Origin: a virus | IMG/VR virus record: IMGVR_UViG_3300014152_000001 | Coordinates: 41,749 to 105,748 of that record | Reading direction: 5' to 3' (one strand) | DNA: 64,000 bases | Part shown: positions 1 through 9,248 of the stretch, piece by piece | How positions within the stretch are numbered: position 1 is the stretch's first letter | How the letters are laid out: every line of letters begins with the position of its first letter | Notes under the pieces: generated by a model | The model's input: only the letters and a program-made list of their open reading frames with translations | What the model was told of the DNA's origin: nothing | Databases searched by the model: none | Position numbers and translations under genes: made by a program

Positions 1-248
1 ATTTCAAGTGCTCTCATCTTCACTTTCCATGTATGTCTATCTTGATATTCGGGATGGTTCTTGTTGAAGTTCTTCACATAAATCTGTCGTTTAGGCCAAT
101 TTCGCTTTGTTCGATTCACAGTATCAACACTGGTGCACATTTTACACTCTTTACGATACCAGATTTGACCTTTTACACCAATACCATTAATGTAAAAATC
201 TTCAACATTCTTTGTTCTACCACACTTTGAGCAAACTCTAGAAGTCAT
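1..248 (-). CDS. HNH-family homing endonuclease-like protein, N-terminal part (runs off window)
   Basis: Hand translation MTSRVCSKCGRTKNVEDFY...RKECKMC...KVKMRALE; same CxxC/CxxC plus basic-helix N-terminus as other HNH ORFs here; TATA-like motif at about 273-283. Confidence 0.5.
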   Translation of the reverse strand, partial: MTSRVCSKCGRTKNVEDFYINGIGVKGQIWYRKECKMCTSVDTVNRTKRNWPKRQIYVKNFNKNHPEYQDRHTWKVKMRALE

Positions 249-317
249 CTAACCATAGGTATAGTATTCACTACTATTTAAGGCTTTTTAGCCTTTTCCT
301 GTAATACTTCGATGTCT

Positions 318-584
318 TCACTTAGTCTCTGTCTTTTCTGGCTCTGGAATTCCAAGACCTTTTCGCCTCGCCTTCTTTTCCTCTTCGGTTTCAAAGGGCA
401 TGATGACTCCTGATTCATAGGTCAGCCCCTCTTCGGCATAACCGGATTCCGAAGTGACTGGGGTGATTTCGCCAAGTCCACCACCTGACTCTACGGTGAT
501 ACACTCTGGTCCCATGTGCTTCAGGTCGTCTTCTGTGGTCTTGATAGCCACATGATGCGTGAGACAGATTTTCTCTATTCCCAT
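318..584 (-). CDS. hypothetical protein
   Basis: Within ORF 318..713; start moved to MGIEKIC (584) because GAATCTTTATATAGG lies about 24 nt upstream. Confidence 0.5.
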   Translation of the reverse strand: MGIEKICLTHHVAIKTTEDDLKHMGPECITVESGGGLGEITPVTSESGYAEEGLTYESGVIMPFETEEEKKARRKGLGIPEPEKTETK

Positions 585-782
585 ACTAGGACTACTTAAT
601 GGTATTGCCCTATATAAAGATTCGTTGTCAAGGGTATTCAAATATCCCTGTTGGTCCCATTCCTTGAGCCGCACACGCGGCTGTAGGAATGAGAGTATGG
701 CAACTGCACCCACAACCGAAGTTCAACCTTGCATGACCGCAAGAGTCACAGACCCCGCAACCACACTTAGAACAGAATCCCA

Positions 783-1085
783 TCACTTCAACCCCAGATT
801 GCGTTTAATACCCGCGATATAGACATCCAACAGAGAAGAGAAGACATTAGTGAAGGCATAGACCTCATTAGTGAAGGCATAGACCTCATTCAACTCTTTA
901 TGTGACCAGAACTCGCACTCAGATTTATGGGCTATTGGAAAGAGATACCGCAAAAGAGTGGCGAGGGCTGGCCTTGGAATATACATTGTTTCCGTGTAAG
1001 TAGGGAGCATGATTTTGTCCTTCTCAAAGTCTCCTGTCTCAAGGTCTTTGACGATTGCATCAATACACTTTTGGCAGAGTTTCAT
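783..1085 (-). CDS. hypothetical protein (CxxC; 21-bp tandem duplication NEVYAFT x2)
   Basis: Start overlaps the uS2 stop (ATGA). Confidence 0.55.
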   Translation of the reverse strand: MKLCQKCIDAIVKDLETGDFEKDKIMLPTYTETMYIPRPALATLLRYLFPIAHKSECEFWSHKELNEVYAFTNEVYAFTNVFSSLLDVYIAGIKRNLGLK

Positions 1086-1771
1086 TTTTCCTCATCCTCT
1101 TCCTCCTTCTCCGGCATCTTAGTCTCAAAGTCCTCAATAGTGAGGGGTGTTTTAGTCATGGCATCAAATATCTCCTCATCTGCCTTTATCTTCTCAGAGT
1201 GAAGCAAGATAGACCTAGCCAAGAGATAGAAGACCGTGGCTATGGCCTTTGCGCCAGTGTTGTTGGCCGGAATGCAGAGGTCCAAATCCTCGAAAGTGGC
1301 GTTGGTGTTGCAGATGGCAATAACGGGGATACCAACGCTTCCGGCCTCTTGCATGGCCCTTCGGTCTCCTTTTATGGCTTCTCCTATCTTCTTCGGTATG
1401 CCATTGGTAGGGTCGGAGACAATCAACACATTTGCATCAATGTAGTATTTCGATTGAGAGTTTGTAAGACAACCCGGCATGAAGCGATGAAAGACGGTGG
1501 GTATGAGAGTGGCCTTCTCAAATGCCGTAAGAGCGTTCTCAAATCTCGCATCAGTGGCATAGAGCACAGCACCTTCGGTCTTGACTATGAACTTACCAGC
1601 CGTGTCAAGCCGAGTAAGGATGGCGTTCACATCCAAAATGGGATTGCCACTTGGAGCGATGCTAGAGACATACTGAGCCATGTCTTTAGTAACTGCTCCC
1701 TTAATGCCTAAGTGTATACCAGTGGCCTTTAGTGGCTCTTCTGTAAGGGTTTTAGGTAGGATATGACTCAT
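1082..1771 (-). CDS. rps2: archaeal-type ribosomal protein uS2, divergent, virus-encoded
   Basis: Motifs GIHLG, RFMPGCLTN, SDP..D..A..EA...GIPVIAICNT, DLCIPANNTG..AI...YLLAR follow the archaeal/eukaryotic uS2 pattern; ATG 1771 overlaps the upstream stop. Confidence 0.9.
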   Translation of the reverse strand: MSHILPKTLTEEPLKATGIHLGIKGAVTKDMAQYVSSIAPSGNPILDVNAILTRLDTAGKFIVKTEGAVLYATDARFENALTAFEKATLIPTVFHRFMPGCLTNSQSKYYIDANVLIVSDPTNGIPKKIGEAIKGDRRAMQEAGSVGIPVIAICNTNATFEDLDLCIPANNTGAKAIATVFYLLARSILLHSEKIKADEEIFDAMTKTPLTIEDFETKMPEKEEEDEEK

Positions 1772-2997
1772 TGTTTGCTTACCCCTACACATCTAACCAA
1801 CTCGTCCAGTATGGCCTCTACATCGTTGGTGTGAGTCTTAGCACTGCCAGCAGGTTTCAATCCACCCCCTTCCATGATGGCAGGATTGGCACTTCTGAAG
1901 GCCTTGCCAATGTGGATTGTGCTGTCCCTTCCGCCCCTACCAGAGACATGAACCCCATACTTAGGAATGGTGTTAATGACGAACCAAGTCTTATGGTTGG
2001 TGTTGGTAAACTTACTGCATAGTGCAGAACCCATGTTCCATTTGCTACTGATGATGGTCACACCGAAGTCTGGGTAGTCTAGTTGGGTGTAGTTGCCCCG
2101 CTTCTCTACATCTCCCTTGTCCTTTCTGTAGTTCACAGTGAGTTCCAGAAGCATCTTAGTGTTGGAGTTCTTTGGTGTTGGAGTGGTCGTTGGAAATACA
2201 GTCGGCTCCCAGAAGAGGTCGCCCTCAATCTTTTCCTTGTTGACCATCGCATAGAAGTCTAGCCAATTAGGAATCTTCTCCATCTCTTTCATGGCTTCAT
2301 AGCAGATGGGCGGGGCTTTGTTGAATATCATCCTTCGAGGATTGTGAAGCAATTGGGCGTAGAATGCAAGAATGCTCCAATCGTAACTACTGTTCAGACT
2401 CTTGGAAGCAAGCAATCCCCGCATAGAAGGATGCTTGTTGAGGAGTTCTTGGAAGAGAGGGCCACCTTCTTTGGTCCCAGTTGCTACATCTCCTTCTAAC
2501 CCTAGCAAGGCCCACTTCTCCATGTTGACTACCGACCATCCCATCCTCTTGGCAAATGCGTAAGAGATGCCAGTAGTGCAATTCTCGGTGGATGACTCAT
2601 AGTAGAAGAAGGGGAGATTGGGGAAAGGAAACTTCCCTTGGAGATTGGCTAAAGTCTTTGCATACTCTCCATAGGCTTCTGCGGTTTCAACCAAAAGGTC
2701 TGGCGGGTGGTTGTCCAAGATGATGACATTGATGCCACTGGCCAAAAATGCTACTGCATAGTTCAGCATCTCTTGACCGCTTCCAAGGTCTAGAATGAAG
2801 ACCGTTGCTGGCTTCAAGTCCATTATGTCTGAGACATTCTTATCCGTCATCCCGAAGACATCCCAATCTTGCCACATAATAGTGTGGGTAGCCTTGGGAG
2901 CATTCAGGGAGATGGCATTATGGATGATGCGACAGGCGCACATCCCATCGGTATCTTCATCGCTGAAGATTACGGTATCCTGATTTGCTTTACTCAT
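1768..2997 (-). CDS. DHH/DHHA1-family protein (RecJ/GAN/Cdc45-like) with degenerate motifs
   Basis: DEDTDG, LDLG, LDNH (for DHH), GD, SGR and GGG..PAG; promoter AGAATCTTTATATAGG at 3019-3034 supports start MSKANQ. Confidence 0.75.
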   Translation of the reverse strand: MSKANQDTVIFSDEDTDGMCACRIIHNAISLNAPKATHTIMWQDWDVFGMTDKNVSDIMDLKPATVFILDLGSGQEMLNYAVAFLASGINVIILDNHPPDLLVETAEAYGEYAKTLANLQGKFPFPNLPFFYYESSTENCTTGISYAFAKRMGWSVVNMEKWALLGLEGDVATGTKEGGPLFQELLNKHPSMRGLLASKSLNSSYDWSILAFYAQLLHNPRRMIFNKAPPICYEAMKEMEKIPNWLDFYAMVNKEKIEGDLFWEPTVFPTTTPTPKNSNTKMLLELTVNYRKDKGDVEKRGNYTQLDYPDFGVTIISSKWNMGSALCSKFTNTNHKTWFVINTIPKYGVHVSGRGGRDSTIHIGKAFRSANPAIMEGGGLKPAGSAKTHTNDVEAILDELVRCVGVSKQ

Positions 2998-3163
2998 GAC
3001 TATAGGTATCCTCTCTAACCTATATAAAGATTCTAATGGTTTAACCAGTAGAGGCAACATCTAATATGGACAAAGTGCCACGCCCAATTCCATTTGTCCC
3101 CAACCTTGCATCTAGTCAATTTACCACACTCTTTGTTCTTATAGAGACATCTCAGTGACTTCA

Positions 3164-3820
3164 TTAGATGCTCCTACGCAAACCTTTGATGTAAGGCAGT
3201 AGTCTTTCGTGGGCCTTCTCCAGAAGGATGACATCTCGCTTGTTGTGGTCTTGGATGTAGTCTCTAGCCTTCGGACTGAGCAAGGCTTGAGTCCAGATGT
3301 CGGGGTCTAGGTGCGTCTTAAGGTCTCCAAAGCCCAAGAGACTGCCTGCGTTCTCCAGTCTATTTCTGCTCATCTTCAGTTTGGACTTCACAACATAGTA
3401 GAGGTCGTGATGGATGATTGAGCCATACTCTGGGAATGGCACATTCCACTTCAGAGCACGAGTTCTCATGAAGGGGATGTCGTAACCTGTTCCGTAGTAG
3501 GTCACTACCATGTCGAATTTGAGCATATCCTCAATGCACTGAATCACTAGAGGCTTGTCCAACCTCAGTGCATCAATGTCCTTCTGTTGAATCACGTTTG
3601 AATAGATGATGTCTTTGCCTCTTACTTTGAAAGCGTAACTCAGAAGGATGCCAAAGTCTGCGTCAAGATTGGTCGCTTCGATGTCAAAGTAACCGATTCT
3701 GAAGTCGTTTTCGGTATTCGCCACAAACTCGTCCCAACATTGTGGGTGCTCCGTTCCACGATGACCGTGAACGCAATGCCAATGTTCGGCAACTATCAGT
3801 AATTTCTTTGGGTCTTTCAT
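3164..3820 (-). CDS. DEDD-superfamily 3'-5' exonuclease (RNase_H_2/PolB-exo-like)
   Basis: FDIEAT, YYGTGYDIPF, HHDLY, HNKRDV. Confidence 0.85.
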   Translation of the reverse strand: MKDPKKLLIVAEHWHCVHGHRGTEHPQCWDEFVANTENDFRIGYFDIEATNLDADFGILLSYAFKVRGKDIIYSNVIQQKDIDALRLDKPLVIQCIEDMLKFDMVVTYYGTGYDIPFMRTRALKWNVPFPEYGSIIHHDLYYVVKSKLKMSRNRLENAGSLLGFGDLKTHLDPDIWTQALLSPKARDYIQDHNKRDVILLEKAHERLLPYIKGLRRSI

Positions 3821-4542
3821 ATCACTACCATACCCTTCGTTTCTACTCCTAATAAGTGTTTGGCTTTACCCAGTCTCTCTGGAGTTCCACAATCCATGTA
3901 AGGACATTTGGCCTTGACTACCTTGAAATCGGTTCCTTTCAACATCATCAATGAAACAACATCTGCCATAGTTCCTCTTTGGAATTGGCCATACTTTGAG
4001 AGTTGTTTCACCGTAGTCTTCATCATATCTGTGAACACCCAACCTTCTGAATGAACGTTAAGCGTCCCACAAACGTAGGGCGGAGTCTTGATTTTTCCTT
4101 TCCAATCGAGAGTTAGAGCAGGTCGTCCAAGCATATCACCCTTCGCCACCACTATTGCGTGTTCTTGTTCCATCAACTCATCCATGAAGTTGAAGTTCTT
4201 GAAGTAGGAGTCGATGGCTGAGAAGACGACCTCAGTAATCACACTGTGCGTCAGATACACAGGAACGTTACTGGTTATCCAAAGGGCCGGATTGTTCACC
4301 TTCTGAGCGTCTACATAGATACCAAGATTCTTATCCTTGAAAGTAGTATCCATGTTATCCAAACGCCACTTGGCCCACCAACCTTGATTCCACTTGCTAT
4401 GGACTATCCACACCGTATCCGCAGGCACGGCATCGATAATCCTCTCAAAGAGAGGAAGTCCATCAACAGAGAGCAGATGCTTCTGCACTGCTTCGGCTGA
4501 ATAGCCACCAGCCAACAAAACTAAGATTCTCTTCTCACTCAT
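3817..4542 (-). CDS. sugar-phosphate nucleotidyltransferase (NTP_transferase) family, divergent
   Basis: LLAGG...KHLLSVDGLPL at the N-terminus and DCGTPERL at the C-terminus. Confidence 0.7.
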   Translation of the reverse strand: MSEKRILVLLAGGYSAEAVQKHLLSVDGLPLFERIIDAVPADTVWIVHSKWNQGWWAKWRLDNMDTTFKDKNLGIYVDAQKVNNPALWITSNVPVYLTHSVITEVVFSAIDSYFKNFNFMDELMEQEHAIVVAKGDMLGRPALTLDWKGKIKTPPYVCGTLNVHSEGWVFTDMMKTTVKQLSKYGQFQRGTMADVVSLMMLKGTDFKVVKAKCPYMDCGTPERLGKAKHLLGVETKGMVVI

Positions 4543-4727
4543 CTCAGTTGACCCTTTATGAATCGTGCCTTCTGAATTGCTCTGAATAAGACATTGTTGA
4601 CTTCTTCATTAGCCGCTATTTGAGCCGTCCTTTCGTCTATTCCGTTTTTCACCATATAGTCGTAGAGAAGACGAAATATTGTGTTGGCCTCTTCCTTGGT
4701 AGGATAACTTCCAACTGATTTTTCCAT
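4539..4727 (-). CDS. hypothetical protein
   Basis: AGAATCTTTAAATAGG promoter at 4748-4763; coupled to the downstream gene. Confidence 0.55.
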   Translation of the reverse strand: MEKSVGSYPTKEEANTIFRLLYDYMVKNGIDERTAQIAANEEVNNVLFRAIQKARFIKGQLR

Positions 4728-4761
4728 ACCTACCCCTACTACCCTATCCTATTTAAAGATT

Positions 4762-5658
4762 CTATGCTTCCTTGAGCATATTCATTCCTTTACGAACCGT
4801 CCAAAAGTCGCTGGCGAGAGTTGGGTCGGACAGATAGGCGTAAGGTATCGTGAAATACCCTTCTTGCCCCCAGTCTGTTCCCCAACTGTTACGGCAGATG
4901 AATCTCTGTGAGGCATCGTTATATCCGAGACACATGACAGCATGACCACCCACTGTATAGTCATTCGACCCCGGCATCGGCACGACTCCTGTTACTTCAA
5001 CTGAGAGACTCTCAAAACTGTTGTAGACGGTGAAACCATAGACGAAAGGAAACCCCGCGTCTAAACACGCTTTCATGTCAGCCAGTGTGGTGATACTGAA
5101 GTATTGGGTAATCTCGTGATTCGTCCCTTCAGTATAGGCATTGGTTGGCGGCTGGACAGCGAACTTGCCGATGTCATATGCCCATGTTGCTTCGTAACAC
5201 GACCCTTGCTGTGCAAGAGTCTTCGCCCCATCACGAAGTTCTGCCCCAGAATCAGTGTTTACTGTTCCTTCGATAACCCTCTCATTATAGTAGATAAAGA
5301 GTCGACTGAAATTGAGTGCTCCCGTCTGCTCCTGAAGCCCGTCCTTAATCTCAAGGAAGGCTAGTGCCCCGGCCCAAGCATTCGCAGTGCAACTTCCTAA
5401 GTCTCCTTGGTCTACGATTGGTGAATCCAGACACCGCATATCCACTACACTATTATCAGGCGGTGTTGGCGATGGATTCGGTTTTGGGTCGAAAATGCTC
5501 ATGAGCCAATTCCAGAAGTCCTGCCATATTCCTTTCTCAACAGTCTCAACCTTCATAATGTCCTGTCCTGCGTGATAGATGAAATCATTAGGGTCGTAAT
5601 GGTCTTTCTTCCAACCACTGAGATTATGTTTCTTGGGTTCTTTCTTAGTTTCTGACAT
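4762..5658 (-). CDS. papain-like cysteine peptidase (C1A family)
   Basis: DQGDLGSCTANA (Gln/Cys), GGHAV (His), RNSWG..WG..GY (Asn). Confidence 0.92.
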   Translation of the reverse strand: MSETKKEPKKHNLSGWKKDHYDPNDFIYHAGQDIMKVETVEKGIWQDFWNWLMSIFDPKPNPSPTPPDNSVVDMRCLDSPIVDQGDLGSCTANAWAGALAFLEIKDGLQEQTGALNFSRLFIYYNERVIEGTVNTDSGAELRDGAKTLAQQGSCYEATWAYDIGKFAVQPPTNAYTEGTNHEITQYFSITTLADMKACLDAGFPFVYGFTVYNSFESLSVEVTGVVPMPGSNDYTVGGHAVMCLGYNDASQRFICRNSWGTDWGQEGYFTIPYAYLSDPTLASDFWTVRKGMNMLKEA

Positions 5659-5694
5659 CGGATGTTATTACGTTTTCTTCCTATTTAAGGATTC

Positions 5695-5997
5695 TCAAAG
5701 CCTTGGAACGTCTTTTTCTGTATAGGTCATGACAGTCCTTCCTTTCTCATGCTTGAGGGTGAAGACTACCGCCACCAGAACTAGAGTCTGATACTCGCTC
5801 TTGATGGTCTTGAAGAGTTGAGAAGCGTAGAGTTGGGGATTGGCCCTGCTCTCCTGTGAGATGTTCATCATAATCGTGTAGAGGTCGAGACGGGTCTTCC
5901 ATACTGTCTTCGGAGCAACCTCTCCTTCTCGCGTCTTTGGAACATCCACTATGAGAGCGACTTCCGGCTCTCCATCGAAGGTGTAAGTCAGTTGCAT
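5695..5997 (-). CDS. hypothetical protein
   Basis: Part of ORF 5695..6063; start uncertain. Confidence 0.45.
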   Translation of the reverse strand: MQLTYTFDGEPEVALIVDVPKTREGEVAPKTVWKTRLDLYTIMMNISQESRANPQLYASQLFKTIKSEYQTLVLVAVVFTLKHEKGRTVMTYTEKDVPRL

Positions 5998-6028
5998 AGC
6001 AAGTTTATATACGAGCAGAGGCTTATAA

Positions 6029-6496
6029 ATGTTCATGGCAGTAGGTTCCGCATTCGGCACCACAGAAGCCCCAATGTTTTATCGCGTCTCAACAGACAAG
6101 AATCCGGCTCACAAGACCATCCAAATCCAGTCGGATACTGCTGTAGTCTATGTCTTCTCTACCCTAGAGGACGCACCGTTGGGCGCGGCATATACCCCAG
6201 ACAACGTGTTCAGCCCTTTCATAGTAACGTGGGACTTCCCACAGTTGCCCTATCCAGCCACCATAGAAGTGAACGTCCTAGACGCGGCCAGTCACCAGTC
6301 ATTAGGAACGACCAACCTACAACTCTTTGGTCTAGATGTCTTCAAGATGAGAGTGACTTATTCGAGCAACAACCCTGCTTCACACGGTTACATTGACGCT
6401 ATGATAAACGGGAACCGCCAAACCGTCTTCGGTCAGGACTATATACAACAGGACTTCTACAATGACGACTGTTGGACAAGAGGAAGCGATGGGTAA
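6029..6496 (+). CDS. hypothetical beta-rich protein, 3' end replaced by the adjacent endonuclease insertion
   Basis: Ends WTRGSDG*; the same end reappears as RTRGSGN* at 7037-7060. Confidence 0.6.
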   Translation: MFMAVGSAFGTTEAPMFYRVSTDKNPAHKTIQIQSDTAVVYVFSTLEDAPLGAAYTPDNVFSPFIVTWDFPQLPYPATIEVNVLDAASHQSLGTTNLQLFGLDVFKMRVTYSSNNPASHGYIDAMINGNRQTVFGQDYIQQDFYNDDCWTRGSDG

Positions 6497-6529
6497 AGGC
6501 TTATTAGTTACCACTTCCTATTATAGAGT

Positions 6530-7060
6530 ATGACAAAAGGACACGGATGGAAATCAAAATATGAAAGAAACTGGTATGCTGAACATAGAGACGAGCAACT
6601 TTTGAAAATGAAAGCATGGCGAGAAGAAAATCCAGAGAAGATGAAAGTGGCTCATCAACGATGGAATGCTACTCATAAAGAACAGAACAAACAAACTCAA
6701 AAAGAGTATCGTCAAAAGAACAGAAGTCGTGTTCGCAAGTGGAAAGACGAATGGTATCATAACAATCTAAATAAGGGAAGAGAGATGCACCGTAGATATT
6801 ATTACAAGCGAAAGTATGGTATAACTCCTAATGATTATGAAAGAATGATACAAGAACGGGAAGGCAAATGCGACCTTTGTGGAAAGCCCATTGAAAGAAC
6901 TAAATATCAGCCTTGTATAGACCATGACCACGAAACTGGAAAGATAAGGGGTCTTTTACATACTAATGAAAATAAGGCTCTTGGGTTGTTAGAAGACAAC
7001 CCAGAACTATTAACTAAAGCATTAGACTACCTAAAGAGGACACGAGGCTCTGGTAATTAG
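6530..7060 (+). CDS. endonuclease VII-family (HNH) homing endonuclease
   Basis: YGIT...CDLCG...CIDHDHETGKIRGLLH...NKALG. Confidence 0.88.
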   Translation: MTKGHGWKSKYERNWYAEHRDEQLLKMKAWREENPEKMKVAHQRWNATHKEQNKQTQKEYRQKNRSRVRKWKDEWYHNNLNKGREMHRRYYYKRKYGITPNDYERMIQEREGKCDLCGKPIERTKYQPCIDHDHETGKIRGLLHTNENKALGLLEDNPELLTKALDYLKRTRGSGN

Positions 7061-7079
7061 CATTATGTATAATTAGCAT

Positions 7080-7238
7080 TTAGTCTCGTCTGGCGTATGC
7101 ACCACGACTCTTGTAGAAGCACTCCATAGAGCAGAATACCGTTTTCAACACTCCATTGTCGTTGTCAAGGAACTGGATGTATGTCTGCCCCACCTTCAAG
7201 TGTTTGGGGTCTACCTCATTTCCACAGGCGCACTTCAT
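7080..7238 (-). CDS. small TRASH-like zinc-binding protein (52 aa)
   Basis: Hand translation MKCACGNEVDP...VFCSMECFYK; not in the ORF track. Confidence 0.5.
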   Translation of the reverse strand: MKCACGNEVDPKHLKVGQTYIQFLDNDNGVLKTVFCSMECFYKSRGAYARRD

Positions 7239-7244
7239 AAGTGA

Positions 7245-7493
7245 CTACCCAAACATACTGCTCATATCGTTTAAAGCCGCCTTTTCTTCCTTGGCAAACT
7301 GCTCGTTGAGTGTAGACTGGAAGAGGGTTCTCATCAAAAGAACCTTTGACGATACCAACCAATGCTCCTTCTCTATTTGGTCGTAAAGTTCTATAACCTC
7401 TAGTGACCCCAAGTCTGGACGCAGGGTAGAGGCAAACTCCACAAGTTTCTTCTCCATCTCCTTATCCACTATTCCGTTGTATTTCGCTACCAT
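7245..7493 (-). CDS. hypothetical protein
   Basis: ORF with its own TATA box at about 7516-7523. Confidence 0.55.
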   Translation of the reverse strand: MVAKYNGIVDKEMEKKLVEFASTLRPDLGSLEVIELYDQIEKEHWLVSSKVLLMRTLFQSTLNEQFAKEEKAALNDMSSMFG

Positions 7494-7768
7494 ACACTAT
7501 CCTATCTCTGAATGCTATTTAAGTATTTTTGTGGTGTAGAATCCTTAATAACTCTGCAATACATAGCGAGCCCTATGGCACGCCTCCCCTATATGCGAGC
7601 CGTCATCTCTTTGGGTTCTTCGGAAAAGAAGAACCTTAGAAAGGTCTGAAATGGAAGAACAAATGTCAGCACTATGGCTCATTGGGGAATCATCCTTAAT
7701 AGATGTATTTTGTGGGGCCGAGCCTTGGCTATAGAATCTTTATATAGGTTGCCGAGTATGGGGTTGGT

Positions 7769-8008
7769 ATGAGTTCAGTAACAATGCCGATAACAGCGCA
7801 GACGAGAGCCGAGTTCGAGACAAAGGTGAAGGACGCTCTCAAGAAGGACTATCCCGCGGGTTCTGAGGTTAATGTGAACGAGTTCTCTATGAAGTATGGT
7901 GTGAGGACCGCTAACGTAAGGAAGATGGTAGATGCACTTGAGAAGGAAGGCTATGTCCTGAAGGTGCCAGCAGTCGTGAAGATGCCAATACCAAGTGGTC
8001 AAAAATGA
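7769..8008 (+). CDS. winged helix-turn-helix DNA-binding protein (GntR-like)
   Basis: YPAGSEV..NEFSMKYGV....VRKMVDALEKEGYV; promoter AGAATCTTTATATAGG at about 7733-7748. Confidence 0.7.
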   Translation: MSSVTMPITAQTRAEFETKVKDALKKDYPAGSEVNVNEFSMKYGVRTANVRKMVDALEKEGYVLKVPAVVKMPIPSGQK

Positions 8009-8105
8009 GTGAGAAACCATTAATCCTAGTCAAAGTAGAACGTCTTGATGGAAAACCAGTGAATAAGACACAATTCAAAAAGATTGTGAATGCGGTGAGA
8101 CAAGC

Positions 8106-8471
8106 ATGAGCACAACAACTGATACTGTCTCTATAACAGGAGCAAATTTGCAACCTACACCTGAGAAGGAACACTTTCCAGCCTTCGAGGACGCTGAAGG
8201 GAACATCCGAGTCATCGAGGGCAAGACTCTCAGTTGCAACAACGGATGGTGGAGCGCAGTCCTGCTTGTAGACACCTATGGCAAGATACAGGTCAAGTGG
8301 TATCTCTGGCAACAGAGAACCGATAAAACCACGGGAATTTCCACTTGGAAGCGTAAGCAGAGTTATACTATAAATCCTTTCAGTTGGCCAGACTCCAAGA
8401 AAGTAACGGATGAATATTTAGAGAAACGTAAGAGTGTCAAATCAACAACCGCAGGGTATGTAAGAAAATGA
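8106..8471 (+). CDS. hypothetical protein
   Basis: ORF in an overlapping-start operon. Confidence 0.55.
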   Translation: MSTTTDTVSITGANLQPTPEKEHFPAFEDAEGNIRVIEGKTLSCNNGWWSAVLLVDTYGKIQVKWYLWQQRTDKTTGISTWKRKQSYTINPFSWPDSKKVTDEYLEKRKSVKSTTAGYVRK

Positions 8472-8701
8472 GCGACATAGATGAGAGAGTTAAGATAGCC
8501 TTTACAGGCACCATCAGAGCCAATGATTCTGCTCTATCTACAGACCAAATTCGGGCTATCGCAATCATTTGTCAAAACATCGACTTTGCAAGGGCTGTGG
8601 GCAGAGAAATATTTAGGTTGGGAATACTCAATCCTCCGAAGGAACCCACTTCTGTCGAAACTGAAAAAACCGAACCAAGTTCTTCCGGTAAAGATTCATA
8701 G
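8468..8701 (+). CDS. hypothetical protein
   Basis: ATGA overlap with the upstream ORF. Confidence 0.5.
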   Translation: MSDIDERVKIAFTGTIRANDSALSTDQIRAIAIICQNIDFARAVGREIFRLGILNPPKEPTSVETEKTEPSSSGKDS

Positions 8702-8842
8702 CCTGATGTTTCGTGTAGCCATTGGCGACTAGAGTGGCTATAATATCGTCTCTCCTCTTAAGTTCCATGAGACAAGTGTAGATATATCGAGACACTGTAG
8801 GATAGCCCAAGAACGGCTTGGAACCTAGATGTTTGGTGGGCA

Positions 8843-9223
8843 TTATGGTATAGGGTGGCGAGGTATGATGTTAAAGGAGAACGTCTCGGTGTCTTCTAAG
8901 AAGGTTGTAACAGGTGGAAGGATGGGTGGAGGAACGGGAGTGACCAGAGTAATCATCTCTAGTTCGGCATCGAAGGTTCCTATCTGAGATAGATTGGTGC
9001 TTACCACCGAATAGGTGCATATACCAGTGGTGGGGGTGATAGAGTTACATGGCCCTGAGAAGAGAAGAGTAGGGGTCTGCTCTTGAGTGTAGACATAGAG
9101 GGTTGTAGTGCCATTTGGAGCAAAGAAGTCGGTGAGGTCTCTTATCGTTCCATCAGCATTCTGAATCGTGAATGTGAGGTCAAATCCGAAATTATTTACT
9201 TTAACAACGAGTCCTGCTGGCAT
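8843..9223 (-). CDS. putative virion structural protein (BppU N-terminal-like beta sandwich)
   Basis: DLTFTIQNADG..RDLT...GICTY......GTFDAELE pattern; structural gene context. Confidence 0.55.
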   Translation of the reverse strand: MPAGLVVKVNNFGFDLTFTIQNADGTIRDLTDFFAPNGTTTLYVYTQEQTPTLLFSGPCNSITPTTGICTYSVVSTNLSQIGTFDAELEMITLVTPVPPPILPPVTTFLEDTETFSFNIIPRHPIP

Positions 9224-9248
9224 AGGTTACATTGGGAGACGGGAGTAT

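Noticed and set aside
845-890. 21-bp tandem duplication
   Set aside because: Simple in-frame slippage with two copies only; no array structure.
1055-1711. Long antisense or alternative-frame ORFs (e.g. 1055..1711, 13342..13845, 27958..28461, 52073..52633, 52584..53114)
   Set aside because: Shadows of well-supported genes on the opposite strand, with no motifs.
7080-7238. Second viral ribosomal protein (eL24)
   Set aside because: Only the generic TRASH Cys pattern matches; eL24-specific residues are absent.
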